Assembly (NCBI GenBank): GCA_002763085.1 | Contig: PFCY01000093.1 | Location: 17,697-62,087 of the forward strand | DNA from: Candidatus Pacearchaeota archaeon CG10_big_fil_rev_8_21_14_0_10_32_14 | GTDB taxonomy: Archaea; Nanobdellota; Nanobdellia; Pacearchaeales; GW2011-AR1 | Direction: 5' to 3' | Length of the DNA: 44,391 nucleotides | Shown here: one piece after another, positions 44,067-44,391 of the stretch | Layout of the letters: every line of letters starts with the position of its first letter | Position numbering within the stretch: the stretch's first letter is position 1 | Made by a program: the position numbers and the translations under genes | The notes under the pieces: model-generated | Told to the model about the DNA's origin: nothing | Databases searched by the model: none | Seen by the model: only the letters and a program-made list of their open reading frames with translations

Positions 44067-44342
44067 TTATTTAATTACAGAAATAGTTTCTTTAATTAAT
44101 CCCTCTCTTATTATTTTCATGTTTTTCTTAAATACCCTTAAAACTTCGCCTTTAAGAGGTTTATCCTTAATTTTTATAAGTTCTTTTTTAACTTCTTTTG
44201 GAACTCCTTTTAAGTCATCTATACTTAACAGCCTTACATTTTTTTCATTCCTTAATATTTTCCATTCTTTGTCTTTACTTTTATGTTTGTCTAAATAAGA
44301 GCCTATCCACATAGACAGGCTCTCCAAGTAATAATTCCACAA
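44067..44342 (-). CDS. Small basic hypothetical protein; start uncertain (TTG in the track, first ATG 10 codons in)
   Basis: 91-aa ORF, K-rich. An upstream in-frame TGA bounds it. No homology recognised. Confidence 0.3.
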   Translation of the reverse strand: MWNYYLESLSMWIGSYLDKHKSKDKEWKILRNEKNVRLLSIDDLKGVPKEVKKELIKIKDKPLKGEVLRVFKKNMKIIREGLIKETISVIK

Positions 44343-44391
44343 GCCAAATGAAGCATCGCAAGATAATTTTCAGCCTTTTTGCACCAACGAA

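Noticed and set aside
38104-44342. Interpreting the right-hand island as a plasmid-type ParABS partition cassette or a recognisable integrated provirus
   Set aside because: No ParA/Walker ATPase, integrase, replication initiator, capsid or terminase gene lies within the visible part. The window ends at 44391, so an integrated element extending rightwards cannot be excluded.
1-44391. Genome-wide stop-codon reassignment (TGA->Trp/Gly or TAG->sense) as the explanation for the in-frame stops at 11029, 14399 and 16636
   Set aside because: TGA ends about 11 well-supported genes at their expected lengths, several in ATGA start/stop overlaps (11766, 36729, 41499) or followed directly by TAA (5217-5222 on the minus strand; 44059-44064). 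TAG ends nagB, the flippase, ParB-like 1 and the Cas4-like gene at normal lengths. Local nonsense mutations or read errors fit better.
1-44391. CRISPR arrays, rRNA or tRNA genes
   Set aside because: I found no regularly spaced direct repeats, no T-loop-type GGTTCRANTCC motif outside coding sequence (the hit at ~14031 is inside nadK), and no rRNA-like GC-rich blocks.

Overview
AT-rich (roughly 30% GC by eye) archaeal chromosome segment. The archaeal call rests on an AglB/STT3 oligosaccharyltransferase with a WWDYGYW motif and on recurrent CTTTAAATA-type TATA boxes centred about 26 nt upstream of ATGs, which implies leaderless mRNAs. A small-genome DPANN-like lineage is plausible but is only an inference. 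No rRNA, tRNA, CRISPR array, integrase or transposase was seen. Most of the window (1-9.4 kb and 16.9-37.9 kb) is a large surface-glycan / N-glycosylation supercluster. It holds aglB, an AglH-like GlcNAc-1-P transferase, a Wzx-type flippase, many GT2/GT4 enzymes, one GT9, one GT-C, SDR epimerases, an RmlC fusion, an HldC-like heptose-1-P adenylyltransferase, a B12-radical SAM enzyme, GH130, NagB and LmbE. Two accessory blocks stand out. (1) At 9.8-16.9 kb, an NAD-metabolism island (archaeal-type NAPRTase, isochorismatase-like protein, NADK2-type NAD kinase, nucleoside-deoxyribosyltransferase-like protein, NrtR-like Nudix-wHTH protein) is inserted in the glycan cluster and is visibly decaying. 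It carries an in-frame TAG, an in-frame TGA, a radical-SAM gene without its Cys cluster, and a promoter plus 17-codon SDR stub. (2) At 38.1-44.3 kb, a nuclease/ParB/methylase island holds a GIY-YIG protein, a Zn-ribbon protein, two tandem ParB(Srx)-N-domain proteins separated by a palindrome-dense spacer, a Dam-type MTase translationally coupled to the second ParB-like protein, a Cas4/RecB-like 4-Cys nuclease and a PD-(D/E)xK-like/DUF5655-like protein. This combination matches no named defence, modification or partition system I know, and it is my best candidate for an undescribed system. All functional calls come from motif recognition by eye. No database search was run.
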